In this document: piece after piece, positions 9,601-19,700 of the stretch
Layout: each line of letters starts with the position of its first letter
Numbering within the stretch: position 1 is the first letter of the stretch
IMG/VR virus record: IMGVR_UViG_3300027668_000013
Span: 13,558-77,557 of that record
Direction: 5' to 3' (one strand)
Source of the DNA: a virus
Length of the DNA stretch: 64,000 nucleotides
Notes under the pieces: generated by a model
Database searches by the model: none
Told to the model about the DNA's origin: nothing
Seen by the model: the letters and a program-made list of their open reading frames with translations, nothing else
Made by a program: the position numbers and the translations under genes

Positions 9601-10614
9601 TTACATCATTAAAAAAAAATTATTATTTCCTGTAGAAGCTTCAGTAGTTACACTACCGTTTAAAGTAATATTTCTGGTTGTAGCATCAGTTGACGCTACG
9701 GTTAATGTTTCACTATTATAATCAGCTTCTGATAAACTTGTTTTAAGTCTTACATAAACTGTTCTTGGTTCTGATACAAGGTCACCCCCAGATCTACCTA
9801 TTGACGCAGTTCCTCCAAACCCACTCCCACTTGATAATGATACTTCATAATTAGTAGGTGCGGTAATAATTGCGTTTGCAGTTAAGTCATCTCCAGATAC
9901 AGTAAAGGTTTGATTTGAACTTGGTCCAGAACCTTCCTCATAAGTAAATCCACTTAATGCTGTTTCTGAAACAGTAAGAGTTGGAGTTGCAGAAACTGCT
10001 GCTTTTATTTCTATAGTATTGTTAGTAAACTGCTTCCAACTTGCACTTGCAGTTACAACACAAGTAACTGTTCCTGATACTTCCTGAGTAGAAAGACCAA
10101 CCCCCATTTTATTACCAATGTTTAGATTGTGTCTTTTGATTAAAGTTTGGCCCCCTATTGTCCAACTCCCTTGAGATGGGGATTGAGTACTGATACCCAT
10201 TAATAACATTCTTGATCCAGCAGTTACTCCAGTTCTGTTTCTTGAGTGAGGTGTGTTTGCTACATCGTTATTTCCAACAACTCCACCATCAGAAGACGCT
10301 CCTGTAAATGAATAAACATGAGTTCCAATTGGATTCCAAGTTCCAGCAGTCATGGTTATTTTAACTTGATTTGTTCCAGTTGCTGGGTTGGCTAAAACAA
10401 AAAACCCATACTTATTAGTAGATCCGTTGTGATACAATCTTGATGTTAAAGTAACATTATTGTATTTGATGTTGCTTATCTGGTTAGATTTATTATGAGC
10501 AATAGCAATAACAAGAAATCTATCATCACCTGTATTTTGGCTATGATTAAATGTAACAGTAGTTCCTCCCGGATTTGTTACATTAGTTGTTTTTGTTCCT
10601 GCTGCTATCGCCAT
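9601..10614 (-). CDS. tail-associated protein with beta-sandwich/Ig-like domains
   Basis: Thr/Ser/Gly-rich; C-terminal Ig-like GPSSNQTFTVSG..LTANAIITAPTNYEVS...TVYVRL...ITLNGSV domain. Confidence 0.6.
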   Translation of the reverse strand: MAIAAGTKTTNVTNPGGTTVTFNHSQNTGDDRFLVIAIAHNKSNQISNIKYNNVTLTSRLYHNGSTNKYGFFVLANPATGTNQVKITMTAGTWNPIGTHVYSFTGASSDGGVVGNNDVANTPHSRNRTGVTAGSRMLLMGISTQSPSQGSWTIGGQTLIKRHNLNIGNKMGVGLSTQEVSGTVTCVVTASASWKQFTNNTIEIKAAVSATPTLTVSETALSGFTYEEGSGPSSNQTFTVSGDDLTANAIITAPTNYEVSLSSGSGFGGTASIGRSGGDLVSEPRTVYVRLKTSLSEADYNSETLTVASTDATTRNITLNGSVTTEASTGNNNFFLMM

Positions 10615-10615
10615 A

Positions 10616-10906
10616 CTAAAGTTGGTTTATGTTTGTTACCTCAACACCTTTTAATTCACCAGAATCATAAACTTCTGTTCTTGCTTCATAAACATGTTCA
10701 ACGTTATTATCGGTAAAAAATGTTGAAATATCAAGAGTTTCCATTTCCAAAGCAACTCTATTATCTTCAATAAAAGTTCCTAAAGTATTATCATATAAAT
10801 TATTTATTTCTTCTTGTAAAGAAATATCTGTAGTAAAAGCATGCTCAGAAAACTTTAATTCTCCAGGTATGTCACTTAACTCTATTTTACTTATAACTAT
10901 ATACAT
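10616..10906 (-). CDS. acidic hypothetical protein (possible fibre chaperone)
   Basis: 96-aa ORF directly downstream of the fibre gene. Confidence 0.5.
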   Translation of the reverse strand: MYIVISKIELSDIPGELKFSEHAFTTDISLQEEINNLYDNTLGTFIEDNRVALEMETLDISTFFTDNNVEHVYEARTEVYDSGELKGVEVTNINQL

Positions 10907-10917
10907 TAGTCTTCATT

Positions 10918-13353
10918 TTATGGTTGAACTTGTACTGCTACAACATCCCATTTAGTATCTACTACATTATATTTACAACCTATGTAAACTGTTTTACCTG
11001 CCACAGTTGTAGTTGGTAAAGCTCCTGTATAATCTACAAATATAGCGTTCCAAGTTAATCCGTAAGCATTTCCGTTATCTTTTATTCTAAAAGTTAATTC
11101 TTTTCCCTCATAAAATGAAGATGCTACACCAGTTGGTACTGCTATTGTTAAAGCACTTGCTAATGCTGAAACAATTTCCATTTCTGAACTATCAATATTA
11201 GGCGTTATAGTTGTTGCACTTGCAACAGAAACGCTTTCAATATTACCTTTTATCTTTTCCCAAGCCGTACCGTTCCAAAAGAACTTTTTATTTTTATCAG
11301 TGTCAAAACCTTCTAATCCTTTTTGATCTGCATTAAATGAGCCACTACTATTTATAAAACCGTTAGTTGTAGTTCTTACATTTGCAAAAAATAGTTGTTG
11401 GTAAGTATTAGCACTTGCGTTTTGAATTGTAAACTTTGCCCCTGTTATTCCTGTTTGACCACCTACCACTAAGGATGTTGCATCAATATGAGAAGCACCA
11501 CTTTGTAAGTCTACAATCAACCCTCTTGAAGAGTGATAAAGTTGTATGTGTGGAACTCCACCTTGAGCAAAAGTTAGAAATATAACACCTTGACTGCTGT
11601 TAGCTGTAGTTATTCTTCCAGCAGTACCTAAATTAATTCCCGTTGTTCCATTATTGTCTATAAGTCTTAAAAGACTTGATGCTTGATTACTTGGGTTATA
11701 CATTATGTGTGCAACATTGACAACTTTTGCACCACCCCAACAAGTTTGTCCGTTATTTCTTACATCTAATAAACTAAGGTTATTAACATCAGTAACTTTG
11801 AACCCGCTTGTTGATGCTGAATTGTTCGATCCCTTAATTAACGTATCTTCTTGAATGCTGAATTTTTCGTTTGCTATTGGAGATGGCGCCGTCGTTTGCG
11901 TAGACCAAACAAAAACGCCCGTATCCATTGATCCATAAAAAGTTGAACTATCGTTTGATTTGAAATTAACCTTGTTTGACTTAAACCACGTTGCCCAAGC
12001 GGGTGACGTAACATTAAACACTATATTTATTCCCAATTCTATCGAAGTGGGAATAGTTCCATTTGATTGACCAGTCAATATTAAATCATCTCCTAAAGTG
12101 TTTATTTTTGCCCCTCCATTTCTAAAAGTTATAATTCCAACATTTGCGCCCGATCCCTTTATTGATACAGAAGGAATTGCGCCAACTGCATCGGCATCAC
12201 CAGCATAAAAATTTAGATTTGTCCCATTTTCCCATTGAATAGATTGATTTGTGCCTCTAAATCTTAATTTAGAGATACCTGCAATTGCTGACCTTGTATA
12301 AGTCCGTATTAAATCTGTTTGAACTAAGTCAGAAGTTGAAAGATTATCACTACTTGCCAAAGCTGCAATAGCTTGTTTTATTCTTTGTGCAGTAAATCTT
12401 TTAGCGTTTGTATCTGTCCCTGCTTCTATTTCTGCTTGAGTTATTAAAGGTACTTGGTTATTATAAGCAGTTTCTATTTCCGCATCTGTTTGATCAGTTG
12501 TTGCACTGGCTTCAATTCCGGATAACTTATTAGTCTGTGCTGAACTAATACCAGTTTTAGCTGTGTTTAAAGCTATTGCATTTGCATTGACTTGGATGTC
12601 CGCTGCTCTGGAGTTAATATTAGTTACGTTAGTTGCTATTGCAGTAGCGTTAGTTGCTATGCCAGAAATATCTTGATCTCCTGTATTAGTACCATTTACT
12701 GTTCCTAATTTAGTTTTTTCTGCATCGGTAAAAGCATTTGTATCATTTTCCCCCTCATAGGAAGACTTAATCTGTGCACCTGTTTGATCTGCTGTTGCTC
12801 CATTTTCTACATTAATTATAGATCTTACTGAAGCAGGATTTAAATCTTCAGGATCTCCTGTTCCACCAGTTAATCTACCTTTAATTGCACCAGAAAGCAT
12901 GTTTGCCAACTTATTGTTACTTATTTTATCATCTCCTATAGTAAGAACTGTTGTTCCTGTTACATCTCCTGAATGGTTTACTACTAAATCACCTCCGCCA
13001 GCATTTGATAATCTACCGTCATAAATTACAACACTATTTACTTCAAGTACCCCATATCCAGAGTAAGAAATTACTCCTGTACCATTGTTTACAGGAATAG
13101 TATTTAAAACAACTACACCTTCAATAAAAAGAGTAACAGTTTCAGTAGAATTAAACTCTACTATATCGTGTTCTAAACTACTAACGGTATTGTCAGAATT
13201 TTCCAATCGTCCATAAAATCCAGACCTTGCAATATTTAAACCAATAAATTTTTCTACGAATTGTTTAGTCTGATATTTTTTATTTCTAAATAATTCAGTT
13301 GCATTTTCAATAATGCTTATAACATCTATGTTTTTTATGTCTTTAAATTTCAT
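10918..13353 (-). CDS. long tail fibre protein
   Basis: Fibre shaft motifs (SGDVTG, KGRLTGGTGDPEDL, ATADQT/ATTDQT repeats, NTGDQD, FTDAEKTKL) and C-terminal LTFRIKDNG..LTWNAIF..LPTTTVAGK..YN..DTKWDVVAV domain. Confidence 0.8.
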   Translation of the reverse strand: MKFKDIKNIDVISIIENATELFRNKKYQTKQFVEKFIGLNIARSGFYGRLENSDNTVSSLEHDIVEFNSTETVTLFIEGVVVLNTIPVNNGTGVISYSGYGVLEVNSVVIYDGRLSNAGGGDLVVNHSGDVTGTTVLTIGDDKISNNKLANMLSGAIKGRLTGGTGDPEDLNPASVRSIINVENGATADQTGAQIKSSYEGENDTNAFTDAEKTKLGTVNGTNTGDQDISGIATNATAIATNVTNINSRAADIQVNANAIALNTAKTGISSAQTNKLSGIEASATTDQTDAEIETAYNNQVPLITQAEIEAGTDTNAKRFTAQRIKQAIAALASSDNLSTSDLVQTDLIRTYTRSAIAGISKLRFRGTNQSIQWENGTNLNFYAGDADAVGAIPSVSIKGSGANVGIITFRNGGAKINTLGDDLILTGQSNGTIPTSIELGINIVFNVTSPAWATWFKSNKVNFKSNDSSTFYGSMDTGVFVWSTQTTAPSPIANEKFSIQEDTLIKGSNNSASTSGFKVTDVNNLSLLDVRNNGQTCWGGAKVVNVAHIMYNPSNQASSLLRLIDNNGTTGINLGTAGRITTANSSQGVIFLTFAQGGVPHIQLYHSSRGLIVDLQSGASHIDATSLVVGGQTGITGAKFTIQNASANTYQQLFFANVRTTTNGFINSSGSFNADQKGLEGFDTDKNKKFFWNGTAWEKIKGNIESVSVASATTITPNIDSSEMEIVSALASALTIAVPTGVASSFYEGKELTFRIKDNGNAYGLTWNAIFVDYTGALPTTTVAGKTVYIGCKYNVVDTKWDVVAVQVQP

Positions 13354-13453
13354 ACTTTAAAATTTTAATGATACTGTCTCCCACTAAACATTAAACGTAT
13401 AAAAAAATACAACTTTGTTTATAAAGATAAGTAAAATTTTACTACTAATAAAC

Positions 13454-16400
13454 TTACATTGTATTTGTATTTACTAAATACTGGTACGATTTCTTTACGT
13501 CTTTTGCTACAAACTGTTTATAAAAAGGATTAAATAATTTTTGCACATTTACATAAGTTTTAGATTCTCCTTTAAATTGACCACGTTCATAATATTCTGG
13601 AGAAATACCAAAACCATCTTCCATAAGTTGAACTCCCGTTCTGTATAATGCTTCTAATATTGATATTGTTGCCGATGGACTTTTTATAAATCTTAAACCT
13701 TCTCCAAATATACCTACCGGGGTATAGAAAGCAAGTTCTCCATATTGCCTTCTCATTAAATATGCTAAAGCATATATCTTTCTTTCATCATCTTCATCAC
13801 CAACACCTTCAGCTAATTTAACTAACAGAGTAGAAGCAATTAAAGTTGCAACTGTCATTGATAATTCTGCAATAGCACTTTTTATATTTCCTTTTTCGGT
13901 ATCTGTAAGCTTATTCCATTCTTTAGAATAAACTTCTGTTTGCATAAATTTACCATGTTTCCATAGTTTACTTAAATACATAATTCCAGACACGTAAGTT
14001 CCTTCTTTAAACTCTTCTGAGAATTGAGAATACATTGCTCTATCTTCTAAATTAGAGTCTATATCTTTAAATAAATTTTCTCCACCTCTCCATCTTCTTT
14101 GAACACCAGGTATCATCCATTTCTTTAAAAAGAATACAAGCTTTCCATACCAATGTCTTTGTATTTGAGCTTTATTGTTCTCGTCGTAGTTACCATGAAG
14201 ATCTTTTACTACTTCTTTTAATATTTTAGACATTACAAATTCTATGTCTGGAGCATCTTCATATCCTTCAACTTTCCAATCTTTGTTTTTTAAAGTTAAC
14301 TTTCCTTTTGTAGCCTCTTTATCTTTTGGATCATAGTAAGCTTCATCTAAACTTATTGCTTCTTCTCTTGTTGCAACTACATTACCATTTTTACCAATAT
14401 ACTCGCCATTTTTATTAACTACTTTTTTATTATTTAAAAAAGCATAAACAACTGTACCGTGTATGTAATGTTCCGCAGCACTATTTATAGCATGTAAACT
14501 TTGCATTCCTGCCATGTTCTTAAATCTACTATCTTTAGTAAGTTTGTTCGACATCCCAGTAAAATCCATAGAAGTATCTACAAATTTTTCAATAAGCATT
14601 TGAGTTTTAGATGTAGGATAACCTACTCTACCAATATCTGCAGACCAATTTGTAAAGTCTAACATGTATTTAAGTTCAGCGGCTCTTAAATCTTTTCTTC
14701 CATAGTGCTGTCCTCTAACACCTTCAAACCAGTTCATTACTTTACCAGCAAGCATGTTTGCACCACCTCCCATATAATTTGCAATAAGGAAATTATTAGA
14801 AGACCATCCTATAAGACCGTCGGTTAAAGAATCTACATCCATACCGAGTATCTTGAAATCAGATTTAACCATTTGTCTACCATACAGTCTATCTTCAATT
14901 ATACCTTTTATTAACTCATAACTCTGAGAAGTTTTCCCACTTTCTAATATTTCTTGCTCTTCATCTAATTCTACACCAGCTAAATTTTTAACTTTACTAA
15001 GTAATCTTTTAGAACCTCTATTTTTAACAACACTTCTTTCTCCCATAATATCAGAAAGAACTTCTATTTGTGTTTTTATTGCATTTTTATTCTTATAATT
15101 AAGGGATACAAATCTATTTGTTAAAGCCATTCCCATTAAATCATAAGACTGATCTTCGTATTCTAATTTGCTTCTAAAAGGAATATTAACTCTTTTTAAT
15201 ACGTTTCCAGATTCATCAGTAACAACTTTTACCCCTTTACCATCTTCTGTAAGATCTCCGTATTTATCAGATTCATCTTTTTGAACTCTTTTAAGTTCTT
15301 TCCAAACCCTACTTGCAGTTTTTTTCGCTCCATTATCTGTTAAAGTTTCAGAAAGAGCTTTACTAATACCAGGTAGTTTGAATCCTAACTTGGCTTGTTG
15401 AGGGACATTGTTATCTGAATCTTTATTAAACTGAATAAGATAATCATACATTTCTTTTTTTCTACTATCTTTTTGTAGAGCAAAGTATTGTGGATTAAGA
15501 TTGTCTTTTTCTGGATAATTTTTTTGAAATTCTTCTTTTAATTCACGTCTTTTTTTAGCACTTTCCTCTTTAAATAATTTTTGATTTAATTCATTTTTAG
15601 CTGTATAATAAGTAGAATAATATAGTTGTACATAATAGTTAGTTTCTTTACCATTAATCTTTTCAATAATATTATTGTACAATTCCTTTTGATTTGTAGG
15701 AGTTACTGATTTTCCAAAACCTTTTTTAAATTCTTTCCAAGTGTCTATTGCATCTACTCTTTTGTCAATAAATTCAGCTTGACTACTTTTTTCAGCGCGT
15801 TCTAACATCTGAACTGTTAATTGTACAAGATGATCATTAATTCCTTTTGGATCTATAAGTAATTTAGAAAAAGCACTAATATCTTTTTTAGAAACGTCTA
15901 ACATTTCTCTTAGGGTTTTCTTCTCTTCCCTTAGAATTTTTGCAGCATTATCATTCATTGCCTGTTTGATATATGCTTTTGCCGCTAAGTTGTGCTCTTT
16001 TGCACTAAGCTTTGTTTTAGAACGAGGGTTATTAACTCTAAACTCCCTTGCAAATTTTTCTTTATATGTATCTCTTACTAAAGAAGATTCGTTTGCAAGA
16101 ATATCAACCATTACATCTTTAGAGTACGCTATATATTTTGCATCAAAAGAATCTACTCTACCTGCAGCACTTGCAATTCTTGCCTTAAAACTTTTAGGAA
16201 TATCATCTCTACTTTCTATTATTTTAGCAAGATCTTTAACCATGTCAAAAGTACCAGCATAATCACGAAGTCTTTTTAAATTTCCAGGGCTCTTTTTAAA
16301 AGAACCACTTTCTATTTTTTCTATTAAACTTCCAGTAACATCAACTTTTCTACCACCTACTACTTTAGTATATCCTAAATGAGAATCTATGTTTTGTATG

Positions 16401-16780
16401 TAAATTAAAATTGATTTTGTAATATCTGCTTTTTCAAAGTCTTCTATTAATTGTTTTAATTTTTTTATAGATTCTTCTTTTTTAGAACCTTCGTAAATAT
16501 TGTATTTAGTACGTAAAGAATTTAAAATTCTATTTCTTTGTTTAGAAATTTTCATAAAAAAGTCAGAGTCTAAATCCTGTTTTTCATTCATTTCAAAAGA
16601 AGCTTCAGAACCATCCGTCATTGAATAACTACCATCTGCATCAATAATTGGCATTTCATAACCATTCTTAGAAAAAATAAAGTAGGCTTCTAATTCTCCT
16701 ACTTTTTCTACTAAGATATTCCAATCGCTTTTTTCTTGAGTTGGATCTGTTTTAAAACTTATATTGGGACAATTTGCCAT
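13454..16780 (-). CDS. virion cargo/ejection protein
   Basis: 1108 aa, helical, with C-terminal hydrophobic helices (MTVATLIASTLLVKLA); directly downstream of the vRNAP gene as in crAss-like phages. Confidence 0.6.
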   Translation of the reverse strand: MANCPNISFKTDPTQEKSDWNILVEKVGELEAYFIFSKNGYEMPIIDADGSYSMTDGSEASFEMNEKQDLDSDFFMKISKQRNRILNSLRTKYNIYEGSKKEESIKKLKQLIEDFEKADITKSILIYIQNIDSHLGYTKVVGGRKVDVTGSLIEKIESGSFKKSPGNLKRLRDYAGTFDMVKDLAKIIESRDDIPKSFKARIASAAGRVDSFDAKYIAYSKDVMVDILANESSLVRDTYKEKFAREFRVNNPRSKTKLSAKEHNLAAKAYIKQAMNDNAAKILREEKKTLREMLDVSKKDISAFSKLLIDPKGINDHLVQLTVQMLERAEKSSQAEFIDKRVDAIDTWKEFKKGFGKSVTPTNQKELYNNIIEKINGKETNYYVQLYYSTYYTAKNELNQKLFKEESAKKRRELKEEFQKNYPEKDNLNPQYFALQKDSRKKEMYDYLIQFNKDSDNNVPQQAKLGFKLPGISKALSETLTDNGAKKTASRVWKELKRVQKDESDKYGDLTEDGKGVKVVTDESGNVLKRVNIPFRSKLEYEDQSYDLMGMALTNRFVSLNYKNKNAIKTQIEVLSDIMGERSVVKNRGSKRLLSKVKNLAGVELDEEQEILESGKTSQSYELIKGIIEDRLYGRQMVKSDFKILGMDVDSLTDGLIGWSSNNFLIANYMGGGANMLAGKVMNWFEGVRGQHYGRKDLRAAELKYMLDFTNWSADIGRVGYPTSKTQMLIEKFVDTSMDFTGMSNKLTKDSRFKNMAGMQSLHAINSAAEHYIHGTVVYAFLNNKKVVNKNGEYIGKNGNVVATREEAISLDEAYYDPKDKEATKGKLTLKNKDWKVEGYEDAPDIEFVMSKILKEVVKDLHGNYDENNKAQIQRHWYGKLVFFLKKWMIPGVQRRWRGGENLFKDIDSNLEDRAMYSQFSEEFKEGTYVSGIMYLSKLWKHGKFMQTEVYSKEWNKLTDTEKGNIKSAIAELSMTVATLIASTLLVKLAEGVGDEDDERKIYALAYLMRRQYGELAFYTPVGIFGEGLRFIKSPSATISILEALYRTGVQLMEDGFGISPEYYERGQFKGESKTYVNVQKLFNPFYKQFVAKDVKKSYQYLVNTNTM

Positions 16781-16786
16781 AACTAT

Positions 16787-19700
16787 TTATTTACATGAGT
16801 TATTTAAAGATAATAACAATCCTTGAATGTCAAAGCGACTAATCTTTGCTTTAGCCAAAGCTACTGCTTCTTCTTGAGTTGACGCACCTTTTGGTAACAT
16901 ACTTTTTCCTTCTTTTAAATCAGCAGCTGCATCTTTATCAACATTTTCTATTAAAACATCATCAACTATATATGCTTGATAAACAACACTGCCTTCTACA
17001 ATTTCTCTTCTAACTTCTACTCTAAATCCAGAAACTTCGTTTACTCTAAAAACTTTAACTACAGACTCGTCTTCATTTTTAATTTCTTCTATTGAAGGAG
17101 GTTTAGGTAAATCTTCTACTTTAGGTACAGAAGCTTTATTTTCAACAACATCTGCAACCGTATCTTTTCTAAACTGTTCAACCATTTCTTTATCTTGAGG
17201 AACTTCTATTAGTTCAGAAGATAAAATAGACTGATGTTCTTCTGGAATTGGTTTACCAACTGAATTAGGACTATGGAATTTACCAAACTCTATATTCCCT
17301 TCTGTATCATAACTGTACTCTGTAGGAACTAATAAGATACTTGTAGTTGCAACTTCAAATCCTTTTTGTTCAAGCATCTCTTTATAGATACTAAGTTGTC
17401 TACTCCAACCTGTTAATTTAGATTCGAACATACCGTCATTATATAAATTGCTATCCCAGAATTGTTGTTTGTCTGAATTAAATATTTTGTTTTTAAAATC
17501 AATAATGTGAAGTTTTCCATCTGAATCTACACCAAGTAAATCAAGAGTACCACCGATACCATCTTTTCCTTGGGCTTTGATTTGTTCTGCTGTAAAGTTT
17601 GCGTTTAAGAACAATTCTTTAGAAATAAATTTCATGTCAGGGAAAGACGATTTAATAGATGTTAAGTGATCTACTAATAAGTCAAACTCTTTTTGAGTTA
17701 CGTTATTTAATTTAAATCCGTTTTCTTTATTTTGAGTATCTGCTTCTTTAACATATTCTGCTAAAGTTTTTACTTTACCACCATCAAAAATATCTCGTCC
17801 TACATTATCTACAAAGTTTCCTACAGAAGCTCCTGCTTTCATTGCTGGTTTAGCTTCAGATTGTTTAATTGCTTTATCTACAACCGCTTTTCCTATAGGA
17901 GATGTAATTCCTCCTTTTAAAACAGCTCCTGTTTTTAAATTAGTTATTTTCCCATTTTTAAAATCTACGCTATATTTAATACCATTGTATTCTACTCCTA
18001 ATTTACGTGTTACATAATTAGATTGTCTTTCTAAAACTTGGTCTCCTAATTTATAAACAGACTCTTCGCCTATATCACTTTCAACTGTTGCCAAAGATGA
18101 TTGTTTAGAAACTTCTTGTAAACCGTCAAGTTTACTTATAGTAGTTTCTGCTGGTGTTTGTTCAGTAGTTTTATTCATTTTTAACATTCCAGTATCAACC
18201 CATTCTTTACTAAATACAATATTAGAAGGTCTGTCTATTAAACCTTCAGCGTCATTAAACATTTCAATCATTTCTAATCCTGTATAACCATTTAAAGACA
18301 TTTCTGTAGTATTTCTATAAGCTACTTTAAATTGTTTATTAGGATTTTGTTTAGCTGCTTCATATAGTTTAATTATACTTGTTGTAATATCTCCTTTAGA
18401 AATAGATTTAAAACCTCTATTTTCTTTTATTCTTAAGTCTTTTGTAGGTAAAGCATAAGCATTTCCTTGTAATCCTTCACCTTGTCCGGATGTAGCTCCA
18501 AATTGATCTTTAGCAATTTTAGCTGCTCCTTTTCCATGTCTCCCTTCAGGATTACTTCCGAATACAAATATAGTATTAGGTTCAGGAGTTATATTTCCTT
18601 CATAATACTGTTCAACATTTTCTTCTTCTGTTTCTTCCGTTTCTGTTTCTTCCGTTACTTCTTCAAGTATTGGTTCGTTACCATTTCTAAAAGAAGGACT
18701 ATCATCATTGGTAATATATCCAACTCCAGAAGATTGATTACCAATACTATTTTCATAGTCCGGACTTAGTGTGCTTTCAAAAGGACTTACAATTGAAGAT
18801 TCAACCTCTGTATCATAAGCATACTCTGTTATATGATTTCCTTTTTGACTCATTCCTAAAGTAGGAACTCTTTTATAATATTGTTTTCCTCCTTTTTCTC
18901 CCATGCGTTTATATAATAATTTAGAAGTTTCATGTTTATATCCTGTATCAACATCTTCGTCTACAAATTTTTTCTTAGGTGTAAGTACAATAAACTTTCT
19001 AAGTTTACCCTCCCCATGATCTGAATAAAAAGAATAAGGAATATATTTAGAATCTACACTAAAACCACCTTTGTATTTATTTAAAGCACCAGTTTTATCC
19101 GCAATACCTTTAAGCTTTTTATCATTTATAGTATGAGTAGGTAAAATATCAACATTATGACCAATAAATTGATCAAAGAAAGTATCAAAATTCACACCTT
19201 CTGCAAATGTGTTTTCCATAATAGAATTAAAAGGTAATACTCCATCTTCCATTGATCTTTGTAAAATCGTATTTGGAATTAAATCGTAAAACGAATTTAT
19301 ATTTTTTTGGAAACCAGAAGATGCATAAGCATACTTTATTAAGTCTGTTGCAAATGCTTTTGTTTCTTCATTATCATATAACTCTTCCCACTCTAACCAC
19401 AATGGATCTTTTTCTCTACCTTCTTTTTTCTTAGAAGAAGCAAAGGTAACAAAGTCTGGTCCTTTTCCAGGATTAACTAAAGTACCTAAAGAATTTAAAA
19501 AGGAATTAGAAGAATACAATTCTGTATTTCTCAATTTAAGTAATCTTTTAGCCATACTTCTGTCTCCAAAAAACATTGCTTTTGTATTTTCAGGACTTAA
19601 ATTAAGAGCATTTGAAAATGAATACGTTTGATATGCTTTAAGTACTTTTCTATTAAATTCAACATCTGTACCATCATAATTTTGATATGTAGAGTTTAAT

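Noticed and set aside
2559-13353. Diversity-generating retroelement targeting the fibres
   Set aside because: No reverse transcriptase and no TR/VR repeat pair seen in the window.
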